DNA of 64,000 nt from Octopus vulgaris (taxonomy: Eukaryota), in the NCBI GenBank assembly GCA_951406725.2, contig OX597823.1, positions 100,254,001 through 100,318,000 of the forward strand, given 5' to 3'. Positions 63,224 through 64,000 of the stretch are shown piece after piece. Below the pieces are notes generated by a model. That model saw only the letters and a list, made by a program, of their open reading frames with translations. It ran no database searches and had not been told where the DNA came from. The position numbers and the translations under genes are program-made. Position 1 is the stretch's first letter. Each line of letters starts with the position of its first letter.

Positions 63224-64000
63224 CCAAAGTAATCGTAATCTATTCGACCTGAAAGGTACTTGTAGAAAATTTCATTAAAAAATACCCGGATCTTTTCCTT
63301 TTGAACAGCAGTTTTCAACACAATTTCCAGTTAACTAAACACTTTTAAACTTCGTATACTGGTAGAATGTGTCAAAATAAAACATTTTTTTCTCTTGGCT
63401 TTCTTGAGAAAATTGTAATTTGCAAGTTTAACGTAGTTTAATTTTTCGAATTTTAACCAATCAATTGCCTCTAATTGAGCTAAAATTATTTGCTGCGTCT
63501 AAAACTGAGACAACATCCTGTCACTAACCCTAACCCTAACCCTTTGATGTATGGTGGTGGTGGTGGTGGTGGTGGTGGTGAAGAATTACTCTATAATATT
63601 ACTCGTTAATATCTAATTATAATTACAATATAATAAATTTACTTTGCTGGACCAACACTGCAAATACTGAAGTAATTTGGAAAGAAATATTTTATTGCAA
63701 AGATGCTTTGGAGGAAATCCCTTCAGAGATGCTGCAGCCTTTACAAGAAATCTTTTTAATATTACCAAAATGAAATTCCAAAGCAGAAAGATTATTCCGG
63801 AGAATGAATGTTATTGAAAGAAAATTGAAAAATATGATACAACTTTCCAATGCCTGAAGCTGTTCTCTGTAAAATATGGCCTGAAATGAGATGAGAACTG
63901 CAGTAGAGATTACTATTCTTTACCTGGGGCAACGTTGAATAAGACTTACACAATGGATATCTAACTCAGAAATAGGGAGTCTGTCGAAACAGAAAGATAC

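Noticed and set aside
63526-63543. (TAACCC)3 telomere-like motif
   Set aside because: Only three units, inside a probable DNA-transposon fragment whose end resembles 43945-44049 inverted

Overview
Eukaryotic, repeat-saturated, gene-poor DNA. It is most likely coleoid cephalopod (Octopus-like), inferred from the SINE families and microsatellite load; this was not checked against a database. No intact host gene is recognisable. The window contains: (1) at least seven copies or fragments of L1-clade Tx1-like non-LTR retrotransposons (APE endonuclease, RT, C-terminal Cys/His region), all disrupted; (2) Penelope-like (PLE) RT and GIY-YIG fragments plus several hammerhead-ribozyme motifs in (TA)n-embedded foldback elements; (3) R4/Dong-like RLE and RTE LINE fragments; (4) a decayed mariner, two hAT derivatives with 8-bp TSDs and non-autonomous Helitrons; (5) many tRNA-derived SINEs and microsatellites. 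Most six-frame ORFs are microsatellite or antisense artefacts. The most interesting signals are as follows. Related Tx1 lineages share a 3' terminal motif but sit at different, apparently specific targets: (GATA)n, (GAA)n, the tRNA head of a SINE, and a hairpin just downstream of a TATA box. One SINE carries a Tx1-like 3' tail. A repeated CCAAT/TATA unit is followed by a covarying histone-stem-loop-like hairpin. Small foldback elements carry hammerheads. A non-TE 235-codon frame is broken only by two TGA codons.
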